This document shows positions 16,170-16,545 of a stretch of 16,545 bases of DNA, piece after piece; the stretch's first letter is position 1; the number at the start of each line of letters is the position of its first letter. Position numbers and translations under genes: made by a program. The stretch comes from Nitrospinota bacterium. GTDB lineage: Bacteria > UBA8248. The notes under the pieces are model-generated. The model made no database searches and was not told the origin of the DNA. It worked only from the letters and a program-made list of their open reading frames with translations. The stretch covers positions 1 through 16,545 of the forward strand of contig JASLZZ010000088.1 in assembly GCA_030754595.1 (NCBI GenBank), in the 5' to 3' direction.

Positions 16170-16481
16170 TGAATCCCCCGAATTCGCAAACCGCATGGCG
16201 GGAGTGAGACCATGGAGACCCGTCCCCTCGTCCTGGCCGTTTCGCTGGAGCCGTTCATCGATCTGACGCCCGTGGCGCTACGCCTCCGGGCAGAAGCGGT
16301 TGGCTTGTCCAGCGAACTTTCGGCGGGGATCGATGTGATTACGGTCAAGAGTCCCGGGTTCGAGGTCACCGGATTCGAAACTGCCGAGGAGAAGCTGATC
16401 TTCTCCCTCAAAACCGGTCCATGCTGAATGGGAGTATTTTCGGTATTCTTTCGGTGTGACCGCCCAATCCGGGGGGATTCA
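16170..16481. mobile_element. Possible 312-bp MITE-like or internally deleted IS segment bounded by inverted repeats
   Basis: TGAATCCCCC (16170-16179) and GGGGGATTCA (16472-16481) are perfect 10-bp inverted repeats with weaker similarity further in. The ends are TG...CA, as in IS3-family elements. No target duplication is evident. Confidence 0.45.
16212..16427 (+). CDS. Small hypothetical protein (71 aa)
   Basis: ATG preceded by GGGAG, with protein-like composition. No family recognised. Confidence 0.35.
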   Translation: METRPLVLAVSLEPFIDLTPVALRLRAEAVGLSSELSAGIDVITVKSPGFEVTGFETAEEKLIFSLKTGPC

Positions 16482-16482
16482 G

Positions 16483-16545
16483 ATGAGCAAGAAGCGTCAT
16501 ACACCTGAGCAGATCATATCCAAGCTGAGAGAAGCAGAAGTTCTT
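16483..16545 (+). mobile_element. IS3-family transposase OrfA, N-terminus (truncated by the window edge)
   Basis: Translates MSKKRHTPEQIISKLREAEVL, the typical start of IS3-family (IS407-like) OrfA HTH proteins. Confidence 0.85.

Overview
Bacterial window whose GC-rich core is a minus-strand cluster for coenzyme F420 biosynthesis, in transcription order: cofG, cofH, an FrhB/FpoF-like ferredoxin-flavoprotein, a stand-alone FbiB-C-terminal nitroreductase (FbiE-like), cofD, cofC and cofE (about 4990-11738). A class III CoA transferase and a shikimate dehydrogenase lie upstream on the same strand, and a Zn-dependent dehydrogenase and a universal stress protein follow divergently. The left part, which looks less GC-rich, holds a GAF-PP2C (RsbU-like) pseudogene cut by the end of an IS481-family element, a TldD/PmbA protease pair and a Cys-motif membrane protein. 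The right edge holds short tandem repeats, a 312-bp inverted-repeat-bounded segment and the start of an IS3-family transposase. The most interesting feature is an F420-binding-family oxidoreductase embedded in the F420 biosynthesis operon with no hydrogenase partners in view. All calls rest on recalled motifs; no searches were run.
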